NCBI GenBank assembly: GCA_032718475.1
Contig: JAUCBJ010007360.1
Coordinates: forward strand, 1 to 53,003
DNA from: Nemertoderma westbladi
Lineage: Eukaryota; Animalia; Xenacoelomorpha
Length of the DNA: 53,003 nucleotides
Direction: 5' to 3'
A program made the translations under genes and the position numbers. Shown in pieces: positions 22,301-32,301 of the stretch (positions are counted from its first letter, which is position 1; every line of letters starts with the position of its first letter). The notes below the pieces were generated by a model. That model saw nothing but the letters and a program-made list of their open reading frames with translations. It ran no database searches and was not told the DNA's origin.

Positions 22301-24178
22301 GAATGGTATCTTGCTCTTAATTGGACCACTCAGCGTCCACCCGAATGGCGTTAATATGGCCACCGGGTCGCTCTGCTTGTCTTCGCCGAAGACCGTTTGC
22401 ATTCTCTCGTGGGCCGTTGGGCAGTCCATGCCTACTATGATGGATACCTTCCTAACGTCCACGTCTGGGATTGAGAAGTCAATGTTGTCCAGGAATTTGT
22501 ATTGCTCGACCTCGATGTTCGTTGGCCGCCTGGCATTGATGTTAATTGACTCTATTACTTGGATGGGGTCGATGGTTGCCCCATAATCGCATCCTGGTGC
22601 CACTGCTGCAATTGCGCACCGTCCTGTCCTCATCTCTAGGATCTCTTCTTTGCTAGAGATGGTTGTCACCGCCATCCTGCTTGGCCTCGTTCTCAACCCT
22701 ATTTCTTCGGCTACCCATTCCTCAACTAATGTGAAGGCAGCTCCACTATCAACCAGCATTAGTGTTGTTACTGATCGATTGCCTTCCCCGATCACTCGTA
22801 CTGGTACTACTCCAAGTAGCACTGTTCCTCTCTTCTTCGCCCCTACTGTGCTCGTTGCCATCGTCTGGCCTCTCCTTTGGCCAAACTTGACCGGTTTCTC
22901 TTGGCATTCCCTGGCCTTGTGTCCACTCTTCACACATCGCGAGCAGATTTTATTGCTCGACGCGTAATCTATCTGGTCTTGCCTCGGTAGCGCCTGCCAG
23001 TACCTGCAGTTCATGGTTTTATGAAGCGCATTTGCGTGTAGCTGGCATTTGCTCTTTGGGTCATAGCCCTCTTTATACAATGCATTGCGTATCGCAGTTA
23101 TATTCGTACCAAAGTCCCTACTATTCTTATTGACTGGGTTTGACCTATTGGACGTACTGGGGTTATGTTTATTCATGTTGTTATTGTTCCCCTGTCCGTC
23201 CCTTGATGTTGTCTTATCTTCGCTTGTCTGTGGACTTGCAGTCCCCTGCGTCGCTGCATATGGCAATGATTGTCTGAGCCTCGGCAATGCGTTTGATGTA
23301 TTGTGCTCTGGTTTGGGCCTGTAATGATCTGTCTTTGGTCCCTTTCCCAGGCTATCTTCACTATAAACTGGGTCCGTTATTAGTTCAGCCTCGTAATTCA
23401 AGAAGTTTGACATTTCTTCTAAACCTGGTTCCGCACCTTTCTTGTCTCGGGTGGAGAAAGCGACCTTCCTCCATTTGTTGCGCAGCCAGCTCGGTAGTGC
23501 CTGCGCTATCGTGGTGATGTTGTTGGACGCGTTGAGTTCGTATGGCGCGTCTAGCGTCTTCAGCACGATCAGCGCCTTCTCGACTTTGTTAGCAAACGTC
23601 TTAATGCTAACGGGATTATCCTGTAGGCCACCCGATGTTATGCCTCTCAGCGTTTGCCTGATGATCTTGGCCGGGTGCCCGTATTCCCTATCCAGTGCCC
23701 GCCATGCTGTCGTGAAGCCGCCCTCTATTCCCTGATATTGCCTCACGATGTCGTATGCTGGGCCTCCCGTGTACACTTGTAGATACTTTAGGCACTCCGC
23801 CTGCGTCAAATTTTTTGTTAGTATTTCGTTACTATACATTCGCCAAAACTGTAAGTATTCTTCCGGCCTGCTCCCATCGAATTTGAACGGTTCCACGGGT
23901 GGTAATTCGATCCTCGTTTTCAACGCATCGATCAACGTGGCCATCCCCATTGCCTGCGCTTCTAATGGATTCGACGGATGCTGTATAGTTTCCCCTGTCT
24001 GGTGCGGTTCGTCCGTCCTATTTCTTGATCTTCTCTGACTCGGATATGTCATCGGGGGTAGCGGCCCCCTCCATATGTCTGTATCACACGACCTGTTTTC
24101 GTCTAGGGGTCTCGTTGTTCTTGTTCCTGTCTGGGTATATTGTTGATATTGTGATGGGGGAATGTCACCCTGTCCCAC
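19283..24178 (-). CDS. BEL/Pao Gag-Pol polyprotein (capsid, zinc knuckles, aspartic protease, RT, RNase H, integrase core)
   Basis: FDGS..EYLQFW capsid region; CSRCVKSGHKAREC; LVDSGA; KLRMVVDAS, DIEGMFNQV, FYVDD; FSNAS...PKLEL...WTDS; H-H-CxxC; GVDMFGP, YSDNGTNFVGA, VERLV. Confidence 0.95.
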   Translation of the reverse strand: MGQGDIPPSQYQQYTQTGTRTTRPLDENRSCDTDIWRGPLPPMTYPSQRRSRNRTDEPHQTGETIQHPSNPLEAQAMGMATLIDALKTRIELPPVEPFKFDGSRPEEYLQFWRMYSNEILTKNLTQAECLKYLQVYTGGPAYDIVRQYQGIEGGFTTAWRALDREYGHPAKIIRQTLRGITSGGLQDNPVSIKTFANKVEKALIVLKTLDAPYELNASNNITTIAQALPSWLRNKWRKVAFSTRDKKGAEPGLEEMSNFLNYEAELITDPVYSEDSLGKGPKTDHYRPKPEHNTSNALPRLRQSLPYAATQGTASPQTSEDKTTSRDGQGNNNNMNKHNPSTSNRSNPVNKNSRDFGTNITAIRNALYKEGYDPKSKCQLHANALHKTMNCRYWQALPRQDQIDYASSNKICSRCVKSGHKARECQEKPVKFGQRRGQTMATSTVGAKKRGTVLLGVVPVRVIGEGNRSVTTLMLVDSGAAFTLVEEWVAEEIGLRTRPSRMAVTTISSKEEILEMRTGRCAIAAVAPGCDYGATIDPIQVIESININARRPTNIEVEQYKFLDNIDFSIPDVDVRKVSIIVGMDCPTAHERMQTVFGEDKQSDPVAILTPFGWTLSGPIKSKIPFRMSETSGCMFAGTMQEMGDEGAEEQLKRLLRQDFEGLKETGVGTSVEDKQALQSVEESMTCDEGRYTIGMVWKLPKIPLPDNRGMVLTRLRKLKQTLQRSPEKNEYIHKTIKKYVEKGWAVELPVDEPNTDRTYYLPLHVALDPKKGKLRMVVDASAKTDGKCLNDYLLEGPNIYNSGIEVLLRFRNGKHAFTCDIEGMFNQVRVTEEDSDSQRFLWYNGEEEPPVIPAYKMVVQNMGAKSSSFTTTMAVRDLVKGKEDRYSSSAVDMIRRGFYVDDGMESGNTVEEILKTGREVRDILKGSGFNLTKFQSSSEEFIREIEDKKPESTMDNPTTAKGQDMAIKRTESQQKALGIVWDRKTDKLKYQLSQEGADTHTKRGYVLYIARIYDPLGLASPLLVTGKQILKRVYKLKDEWDVEVPEDIRKQWSKWTGDLERMGTYNMPRVYFPDGNMTNLDLHMFSNASLEAYGAALYLVQREGPHKPRLAFSKAKSTPPDSASVPKLELTAARLGVRATAYLVDTIPNIVETHYWTDSMVVLGWLHNEKTRYPIFVANRVDEIRASTELERWHYCPTDENPADLLSRGVECHTFLKKEVLWQHGPQFLSDREAWPPMRKVDPGSEVVSEGEEGDSEGEEIYSQMVREIRDVQPGRELCDNPTDKLLSYSSSWYKTKKLVAYWRAFGNFLAGVSKDKKTRTTIDLEGAAKAVIRYEQRKNYGDEVERVGNHQHLRRDSELITLSPQLNEEGILVMNSRVGYNNSIVVPPKPIIIPTGSPIVHQIIWDSHKSILHGGTNRTLTEIRRTYWVKQLRKKVKAVVGQCQTCRRAKKERAVQEMAPLPASRVRQHDPPFTHCGVDMFGPIKIKVMRHTEKRYGIIFVCNNTRAVGIELAQDATASAFINALERFRDRKGGTIAVIYSDNGTNFVGAESEMAEALDILEGEEVRAAMRRRQVKWERRTPYASHTLGCVERLVGSSKRLMTKLMNTHMVTEDVLRTVLAKCEGIINR

Positions 24179-25172
24179 CCCCCACTGGTATGTCTGGTAC
24201 TGGGGTTGATGTTAATATGTTGGGGCCCATACACCTATCCGCAATAATTCCCCCCTCCCCTGGGTATATGTTATGTCCCTGCATGCTGTAGTCATACTGC
24301 TGTGCTGGTACCGGTATAGGCCTATCAGCTTCTGGCCTACCCGCCGGTATGTATTCCGCGACTTCCGGGTTTAATCCCGTTGTCCGCGCTATCCTATCGC
24401 CTACATTGCCTCTCTCAGTATGGCCTACGGTATGTGCAGTAAGGCCTATAGTATGTCCTACAGTCTGCATGTGGTGTTCGGGATCGAAGTTTATTCTTCT
24501 CGAATAATCCTCCCCGCGGCTACCGTAATCTCGATCGGTAGGTATATTCCGTCGGAAAGTTTCTCTTCGACCCCCCTCTCCACTGTTTTCATCTTCGTAC
24601 CGATACATCGCGCACCCCTCTCTCGGCGCGTAATGCGTCTCACCGGATCGCATCCCTCCGGGGTGACGGCAATCTCCCGGAGTCCGACCCCACTGACTCT
24701 CCGTTCTCATCTCGACTACCGACGGCTCGCTGTCCGTCCTCGCTCTTCTATCGTTTGCGGCGATACTTCTACTACTGTCTTCCCCTCTTCTCCTATCAGT
24801 GGAATATTCCCGCTCACGAGATCTCTCGTCGACCTCCCGGTTAAACCCCACTGTTCTTCTTTCCTCCTCTGATCGGGCTCGACGCTCCGTCTGCCCTCCC
24901 GCGACGTCAACCTGTCTTTCTCTGCTCGATCGCACGTCGCCGGGGATACTCGCAATCCCCCTATTACTCTCCGTCGCCGGTTGTTGCGGTTTACCTTGTT
25001 CGGCCCTCGCATTGTCCGCTGACGGCTGTGGGACACTCTCTGCCCCCCCCCTCTCGCCGCTAACTTTCTGTTGTGGGGTGCTCGTTGCCCCCCCCCCACT
25101 CGCTACATCTAACTTCGCTACCTCTCGCCCCGCTACTATATATTTCTCTAGTCGACACATCAATCCTACCAC
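24165..25172 (-). CDS. Low-complexity ORF upstream of gag, probably a frameshifted N-terminal extension
   Basis: 335-aa R/E/G-rich ORF overlapping the gag-pol frame at 24165-24211 around a G6 run. Confidence 0.55.
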   Translation of the reverse strand: MVGLMCRLEKYIVAGREVAKLDVASGGGATSTPQQKVSGERGGAESVPQPSADNARAEQGKPQQPATESNRGIASIPGDVRSSRERQVDVAGGQTERRARSEEERRTVGFNREVDERSREREYSTDRRRGEDSSRSIAANDRRARTDSEPSVVEMRTESQWGRTPGDCRHPGGMRSGETHYAPREGCAMYRYEDENSGEGGRRETFRRNIPTDRDYGSRGEDYSRRINFDPEHHMQTVGHTIGLTAHTVGHTERGNVGDRIARTTGLNPEVAEYIPAGRPEADRPIPVPAQQYDYSMQGHNIYPGEGGIIADRCMGPNILTSTPVPDIPVGGGTG

Positions 25173-25749
25173 AGTCGGGTCTATTCACCCCCGCCTCTCC
25201 CTCTGCTATTGCGTGGCCTTCCAGGCCCTCTGCTCCCTGTCTACCAACTACGTGGCCTACCAGGCCCTCTGCTCCCTGTCTACTAACTACGCGGCCCAAC
25301 GTGTTTACATTAATAGCACCCATATTGGAAACGGAATTAATTTGCTCATTTGAAACAAAATCATTTGTATTATTCTGCGCGACTACGTTATCTGAATTAT
25401 TTTGTAAATTCGGGCTAAGATCATTATTTGAATTATTCGAATTATTCTGTGTAATTGCGTTATTTAAGTTATTTTGTAGGTCCGAATTCGAGTTATTATT
25501 TTGATTATTTGAATTATTTTGCGTAACTACATCAATATTAGGATTATTTTCTACATTAACACTGGGATTGTTCTGATTTAAACCCAAATTACTACCACCA
25601 GGCAAAGTATTTCCTGTAATAAAGGTTTGATTAGCGTTATCCCATACGGTACTATTAATATCAACAACGTCTACTGTACCATTATTATCATTATTACCCC
25701 CCCCCGCTCGTACGGTCGCACCAGTCTTGAGTCTATCGTGCGGTCCCTG
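25060..25749 (-). CDS. Asn-rich ORF segment of the element's 5' region
   Basis: Frame is open 25749-25060; AT-rich NN..QNN repeats; overlaps both neighbouring ORFs. Confidence 0.45.
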   Translation of the reverse strand, partial: QGPHDRLKTGATVRAGGGNNDNNGTVDVVDINSTVWDNANQTFITGNTLPGGSNLGLNQNNPSVNVENNPNIDVVTQNNSNNQNNNSNSDLQNNLNNAITQNNSNNSNNDLSPNLQNNSDNVVAQNNTNDFVSNEQINSVSNMGAINVNTLGRVVSRQGAEGLVGHVVGRQGAEGLEGHAIAEGEAGVNRPDCGRIDVSTREIYSSGARGSEVRCSEWGGGNEHPTTES

Positions 25750-27376
25750 TCAGTGGGGTATTAATAAATGTATCTACGGCCCTCGGCTCCTCAAAAATAC
25801 TCGAGCCGGCCCCGGATTCAGACGGCGTCGCTTGCACGTATTCCAACTCGTGCTCCCCTCTAATTATATTTCCCGCAAACTCACTCTTCCGTTTCACTAA
25901 TTCCTTGCGCTCTTTTTCACTCTCTGCTACTTTCCCCTTACGCTCCTGGGTGTCCTTGATGGCCGAGTCTGCGGCACTCTTAATGCTCTCCCTTCGTCTC
26001 GCCCCACGCTCTTTGCGTTCCTTTTCCTTTCTCGTCTCATATTCCTTATGTTCCGCCTCACGCTCCTTGCGTTCCCTTTCCTCTCTCGCCTCACGCTCCT
26101 TGCGTTCCTTTTCCATTCCCGCCTCACGCTCCTTGCATTCCTTTTCCATTCCCGCCTCACGCTCCTTGCGTTCCGCCTCACGCTCCTTGCGTTCCCTTTC
26201 CATTCTCGCCTCACGCTCCTTGCGTTCCGCCTCACGCTCCTTGCGTTCCTTTTCCTCTCTCGCTTCACGCTCCCTACACTCCCTTTCCTCTATCTCATCA
26301 TACTCCCTTAGGCTTTTCAAAGCCCTTTCGGCCCTTTCTCCGGTTTCTCTAAGCAATACCGTTTCCCTCTCCAACCGCACTCTTCCCTCCTCTAGCCGTT
26401 CCTTCATTTCTCTCTGACCTTGCTCTGCCATGCTGAGACGGTATGCGGCTCCTATTTTCCTCACCGCTCTTTCTTTCGCGGAGGATGTAGCAGACTTATC
26501 GGTTATGACGGACTTCCCCCGCCTTCCCGACCTACTAACTTTCTCCCCCTTCCCGGAGCTTTCTCCGACCGACGAGGCCGAATCCTCGGTGTTAACCTCG
26601 GATTCGCCCTCTTCAGGTCCCTTCCAACCCACTGGTTTTACTCCCCGGGCATCGACCAAGTATGGCCCTATGTACACTGGCGCTACGCTAGGTTCCATAC
26701 TCCCACACTCCCATAGTTCAAACAGTTCGCCGGCTATCCTTTCTGCTCTCTCCCCGGCCAGTTCTCTCTGCCCAAAACGTATTAGGTAATTTAAGTGTTT
26801 ATCCGACTCACCTAGTCGCTTTCTCAGTCTCACCTCGTCTACCTTCGCCCCTTCCTTCTTAGCGTCGCTTATCAGCTTCCGGGTCGCGTTGTAGGCCCGT
26901 CAAAGTCGCTCAGAAACCCCGACGTCCTCGTCGCCGACCTCTCCTCCGTCCCTCCGGGTCCGACGTCGTACCGGCGGCTCCACCGTCGCCGTTCCGGTGG
27001 GCCGTCCGTCGCCCTCGGCCTGTAGCTGGCCGGCGACATCGGTACCGATCTCTCCTCCGTCTCTTCGTGTCCGGCGTCGCACCGTCGGCCCCACCGTCGC
27101 CGTTTCGGTGGGCCGCCCGTCGCCCTCGGCCTGTAGCTGGCCGGCGACATCGGCGCGCCGTTCTGCCTCTCGTGTCGACTCATCTCCTTCTCCCTCCGTC
27201 TCGCTCTCTCTCTCTCTTGGCTCGACTTCGGGTTCCAGGCCCTCCTCGTCCTGTGCTTCTGGTTCGCCCGTTATCGATGGCTCCGGCGTCGTGGGCCTGT
27301 ATCGTTTGGTCGCGGCCTCGCGGATCGTTAGGTCTTCGTCCGGGGTCCGCGTCGGTGTCTCGCCCGATTCACTCAT
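25733..27376 (-). CDS. 5' ORF: acidic repeat N-terminus plus E/R/K coiled-coil, with one in-frame TGA at 26900-26902
   Basis: Track ORFs 26900-27376 and 25733-26833 share a frame and are joined by RAYNATRKLISDAKKEGAKVDE; (ERKEREA)n repeats. Confidence 0.65.
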
Positions 27377-27497
27377 CTCGTTTGTGGCTGATGATTCGGC
27401 TAGCTAGGTTGTACCGGTAGTTCTTAGAGTTTAACTAGGGCGGCAGCTCGGTTTTAGTTACTGAGTTTAGCTGGGGAAGCAACACCGGTTTAGTTAC

Positions 27498-28015
27498 TGT
27501 GACGGGATCCAGGAGGGATCCCGATTTATCCGGTGTGGTATTTAGTCCACGCGTCCCCGCCGTGTGTAAGAGTGAAACAAAGATAACTGAGTTCTGAAGT
27601 TATAAGATATAGATATATTGTGAATGTGTACAAGGCGGGATACGGTAACTAAAGTCCCGTGATCCCCTAACTAAACTAATTGGCTGTACCCTACGCTAGC
27701 ACTGCTGCACTGAGATAACTGAATCACTGATTAATAGGTTATTGGTTATATTGCACGGTGGCCTTACTGCTACTCAATCGATGCCATTCCCCCCTCTGAT
27801 TGGTTAATACCCTTGTTGGCGCCCCGTGGAGTATTCCCGTTCACTCCACCTGTTCTCTCTGGGTTAGGGGTTTGGCCCCTGACCCTCTATTGTGTGCTTC
27901 CTTCCCACTCTTATTGGGATGGCACGAGTTGGTTAATTGCCCAATCTCCTGGCTCCCAATATTGCTTATCGGCTAATAACTTTATGGGGTGTTGGCGGGA
28001 TTGAATAAGCTAACA
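27498..28015 (-). repeat. 5' LTR (518 bp)
   Basis: Direct repeat of 13754-14290, followed by the TSD GTTGT. Confidence 0.97.
27717..27751 (-). promoter_or_regulatory. Putative LTR core promoter (ATATAA plus TCAGTT initiator)
   Basis: Minus-strand ATATAA at 27751-27746 and TCAGTT at 27722-27717, about 30 nt apart; several CCAAT boxes nearby. Confidence 0.45.
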
Positions 28016-28411
28016 GTTGTCCCCAGCTCATATCAGTTGTCCCCAGCTCCTATCAGTTGCCCCCCAACTCATTTCAGATTTCTTGTAATATTGTAATGTG
28101 GTGGATATTTCAAAATTTTCTGCCACGCCCACTTTTTGTAGTAGCATGTAAAATTATATTTGAGATGATAACACTCAATAGTTTAACCACTTAAAAACAA
28201 TAACTTCAAATCAACACTAAATGATTAATATTGATTTAGTACATAAATGTATTAATGTTATGTTATATAGAATTGTTATTATTATTTTATGTCCACAGTA
28301 TTGAATCGCAAACTTTCAACATTAAACTCAGATTCACCTGTAATGATTGGACTGGAAGGATAAAGTAGCGAACAATAATTATTATACTATATTTAAATGC
28401 GTGATCCACGA

Positions 28412-30897
28412 AAATTAGAAGGATCTTACCTACAACCTTGCCTCTTATACAGGTACTATAATACCAGTAGTCTAGGCCTTCGGTAAGTATCCAATTAGAA
28501 GGATCTTACCTACTACCCTGCCACTTGTACATGTACTATAATACCAGTAGTCCAGGCCTTCGGTAAGTATCCAATTAGAAGGACCTTACCTAAAACTCTG
28601 CCACTTGTACAGGTACTATAATACCAGTAGTCTAGGCCTTCGGTAAGTATCCAATTAGAAGGATCTTACCTACTACCCTGCCACTTGTACATGTACTATA
28701 ATACCAGTAGTCCAGGCCTTCGGTAAGTATCAAATTAGAAGGACCTTACCTAAAACTCTGCCACTTGTACAGGTACTATAATACCAGTAGTCCAGGCCTT
28801 CGGTAAGTATACAATTAGAAGTATCTTACCTCAGTACCTACTACCCTGCCTCTTGTACAATTACTATAATACCAGTAGTCCAGGCCTTCGGTAAGTATCA
28901 AATTAGAAGGATCTTACCTAAAACTCTGTCACTTGTACAGGTACTATAATACCAGTAGTCCAGGCCTTCGGTAAGTATCCAATTAGAAGGATCTCACCTA
29001 CAACCCTGCCACTTGTACAGGTACTATAATACCAGTAGTCCAGGCCTTCGGTAAGTATCCAATTAGAAGGATCTCACCTACAACCCTGCCACTTGTACAT
29101 GTACTATAATACCAGTAGTCCAGGCCTTCGGTAAGTATGAAATTAGAAGGATCTTACCTACAACTCTGCCACTTGTACAGGTACTATAATACCAGTAGTC
29201 CAGGCCTTCGGTAAGTATCAAATTAGAAGGATCTTACCTACTACCCTGCCACTTGTACAGGTACTATAATACCAGTAGTCCAGGCCTTCGGTAAGTATCA
29301 AATTAGAAGGATCTTACCTACTACCCTGCCACTTGTACAGGTACTATAATACCAGTAGTCCAGGCCTTTGGTAAGTATCCAATTAGAAGGATCTTACCTA
29401 CAACCCTGCCACTTGTACAGGTACTATAAATACCAGTAGTCCAGGCCTTCGGTAAGTATCAAATTAGAAGGATCTTACCTACAACTCTGCCACTTGTACA
29501 GGTACTATAATACCCGTAGTCCAGGCCTTCGATAAGTATCAAATTAGAAGGATCTTACCTACAACCCTGCCACTTGTACAGGTACTATAATACCAGTAGT
29601 CCAGGACTTCGGTAAGTATCCAATTAGAAGGATCTTACCTACAACCCTGCCTCTTGTACAGGTACTATAATACCAGTAGTCCAGGCCTTCGCTAAGTATC
29701 CAATTAGAAGGATCTTACCTACAACCCTGCCACTTGTACAGGTACTATAATACCCGTAGTCCAGGCCTTCGATAAGTATCAAATTAGAAGGATCTTACCT
29801 ACAACCCTGCCACTTGTACAGGTACTATAATACCCGTAGTCCAGGCCTTCGATAAGTATCAAATTAGAAGGATCTTACCTTCAACCCTGCCACTTGTACA
29901 AGTACTCTAATACCAGTAGTCCAGGCCTTCGGTAAGTATCCAATTAGAAGGATCTTACCTACAACCCTGCCACTTGTACAGGTACTATAATACCAGTAGT
30001 CCAGGCCTTCGGTAAGTATCCAATTAGAAGGATCTTACCTACAACCCTGCCACTTGTACAGGTACTATAATACCCGTAGTCCAGGCCTTCGATAAGTATC
30101 AAATTAGAAGGATCTTACCTACAACCCTGCCACTTGTACAGGTACTATAATACCAGTAGTCCAGGACTTCGGTAAGTATCCAATTAGAAGGATCTTACCT
30201 TCAACCCTGCCACTTGTACAAGTACTCTAATACCAGTAGTCCAGGCCTTCGATAAGTATCAAATTAGAAGGATCTTACCTACAACCCTGCCACTTGTACA
30301 GGTACTATAATACCAGTAGTCCAGGACTTCGGTAAGTATCCAATTAGAAGGATCTTACCTTCAACCCTGCCACTTGTACAAGTACTCTAATACCAGTAGT
30401 CCAGGCCTTCGGTAAGTATCCAATTAGAAGGATCTTACCTACAACCCTGCCACTTGTACAGGTACTATAATACCAGTAGTCCAGGCCTTCGGTAAGTATC
30501 CAATTAGAAGGATCTTACCTACAACCCTGCCACTTGTACAGGTACTATAATACCCGTAGTCCAGGCCTTCGATAAGTATCAAATTAGAAGGATCTTACCT
30601 ACAACCCTGCCACTTGTACAGGTACTATAATACCAGTAGTCCAGGACTTCGGTAAGTATCCAATTAGAAGGATCTTACCTTCAACCCTGCCACTTGTACA
30701 AGTACTCTAATACCAGTAGTCCAGGCCTTCGGTAAGTATCCAATTAGAAGGATCTTACCTACAACCCTGCCACTTGTACAGGTACTATAATACCAGTAGT
30801 CCAGGCCTTCGGTAAGTATCCAATTAGAAGGATCTTACCTACAACCCTGCCACTTGTACAGGTACTATAATACCAGTAGTCCAGGCCTTCGGTAAGC
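28412..30897. repeat. 80-bp satellite, ~31 copies
   Basis: Unit aattagaaggatcttacctacaaccctgccacttgtacaggtactataataccagtagtccaggccttcggtaagtatcc. Confidence 0.97.
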
Positions 30898-32301
30898 ATC
30901 CATTAATTGTCCTGCATTTAAAATTGAAGTTATACGGCGTTAATACATGAGGCCCTTCTTTTAAAGAATCTCATATTATCGTATCATACTTTCCCCTTAA
31001 GGATTTTAAGCCGTAAGACTTTCCCCTTTTTGAGATTTTGAAAGCCTAATGTACCTCCTCTTCTTCAAATGGTTCAAATAAAAAGTTTTTAAAGTTATTC
31101 CTAGATTAATTTATCGAGATATTTGTACTTACTGTAGCCAAGTTACAACAGTACCAACAAAATCATATTTACCACTGTTTAATTCCCTGTAATGTTTCTC
31201 GAAAGTATTATTGATATCAGTATTACCAGTGTCACTTTCGTTGCCGCTACATTTCTGTTTCCAAATTTTTTACTGTCTCTCTGGCTGAGACTTGCTAGAA
31301 TTTTTGACTGACTTAATTTCTAGTCGTGTCTCGAATTCCGTAAGACTTTCTATATTTAATACGGGCCTCGTTTACAAGATGATGTGATGCATTATTGTTG
31401 TTATTGCAACGGCATTTATTTACTTTATTATTTAAATCCCTAGGTAGGCCTACACCGCATTATATACTTCACTAAATTCCGAATTACCTCCCGTCACCTT
31501 TTCTATTAACCCTATTGACCTATTGTCTGCGTGACTTTTCCTAAAATTTAATGGGTTATCCAACAGCCAAAACGCCATTTACATGGATATGCTAGTTTTC
31601 GTGCTGTGGTCCCTCTCTGGCACCCATCATCAGTTTTTTTCATGCTAAAATTTTCAAAAAATTTTTGGCTCACTAACTAACATCAATTTATTTCCAGTAT
31701 ATAACGGTTTTTAGGAAGCTGATCACGAATCGAATATGATACTGAAATATATCGTATATTGAAGATTAGGGCATTTTAGTATTTGTGTCAATGTGCGCAC
31801 CAAAAATACAATTGAAGCACACATTTGATAATCAAAAATCATAACCAAATCAACCTGATTGTTAGATATTATGGGTTAACTAGTACGCTGATAACGAATA
31901 TGACACCCAAAAATATCGTATTATCCATCCAAATTCTATATTTGAAAAATTTAACAGTTTATAATTTTTGTGCTAGGCCTACTTGTACTTTCCGATCTGG
32001 GGCACCAGAATGGCACCAAAAATGGATTTGCATTACCAGAAATATTTAAAACTAGCGTCTTCGTGATCAGCGACCTCAAAAACAGTTATACCATCAAAAT
32101 TGTAATTTTTTGAGCCAAAGTTCTAAAATATTTCTAAAATGACCACTCCCCCCCCCCCCCCCTGGACCAATTACGTTGTAAAATAGTCGGGGCCAGATAG
32201 GGTTAACTATTCTGCTACACGGTTGTTTTAAAGTATATCGTATCATAATTCTATATGGAAAACATATAAAGAATACGATATTATATATCTGGGTGAAAAG
32301 T

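Larger units (their letters stand above)
13754..28015 (-). mobile_element. Full-length BEL/Pao LTR retrotransposon (14.26 kb) with an extra ORF
   Basis: Two direct LTRs TGT...ACA, GTTGT TSD (13749-13753 and 28016-28020), PPT, gag-PR-RT-RH-IN order with BEL-type motifs. Confidence 0.97.

Noticed and set aside
14939-27420. Plus-strand ORFs inside the full-length element
   Set aside because: Antisense shadows of the purine-rich coding strand with no recognisable motifs
31580-32165. Possible MITE with internal tgatMacgaat repeats
   Set aside because: Looks transposon-like, but I could not define TIRs or a TSD
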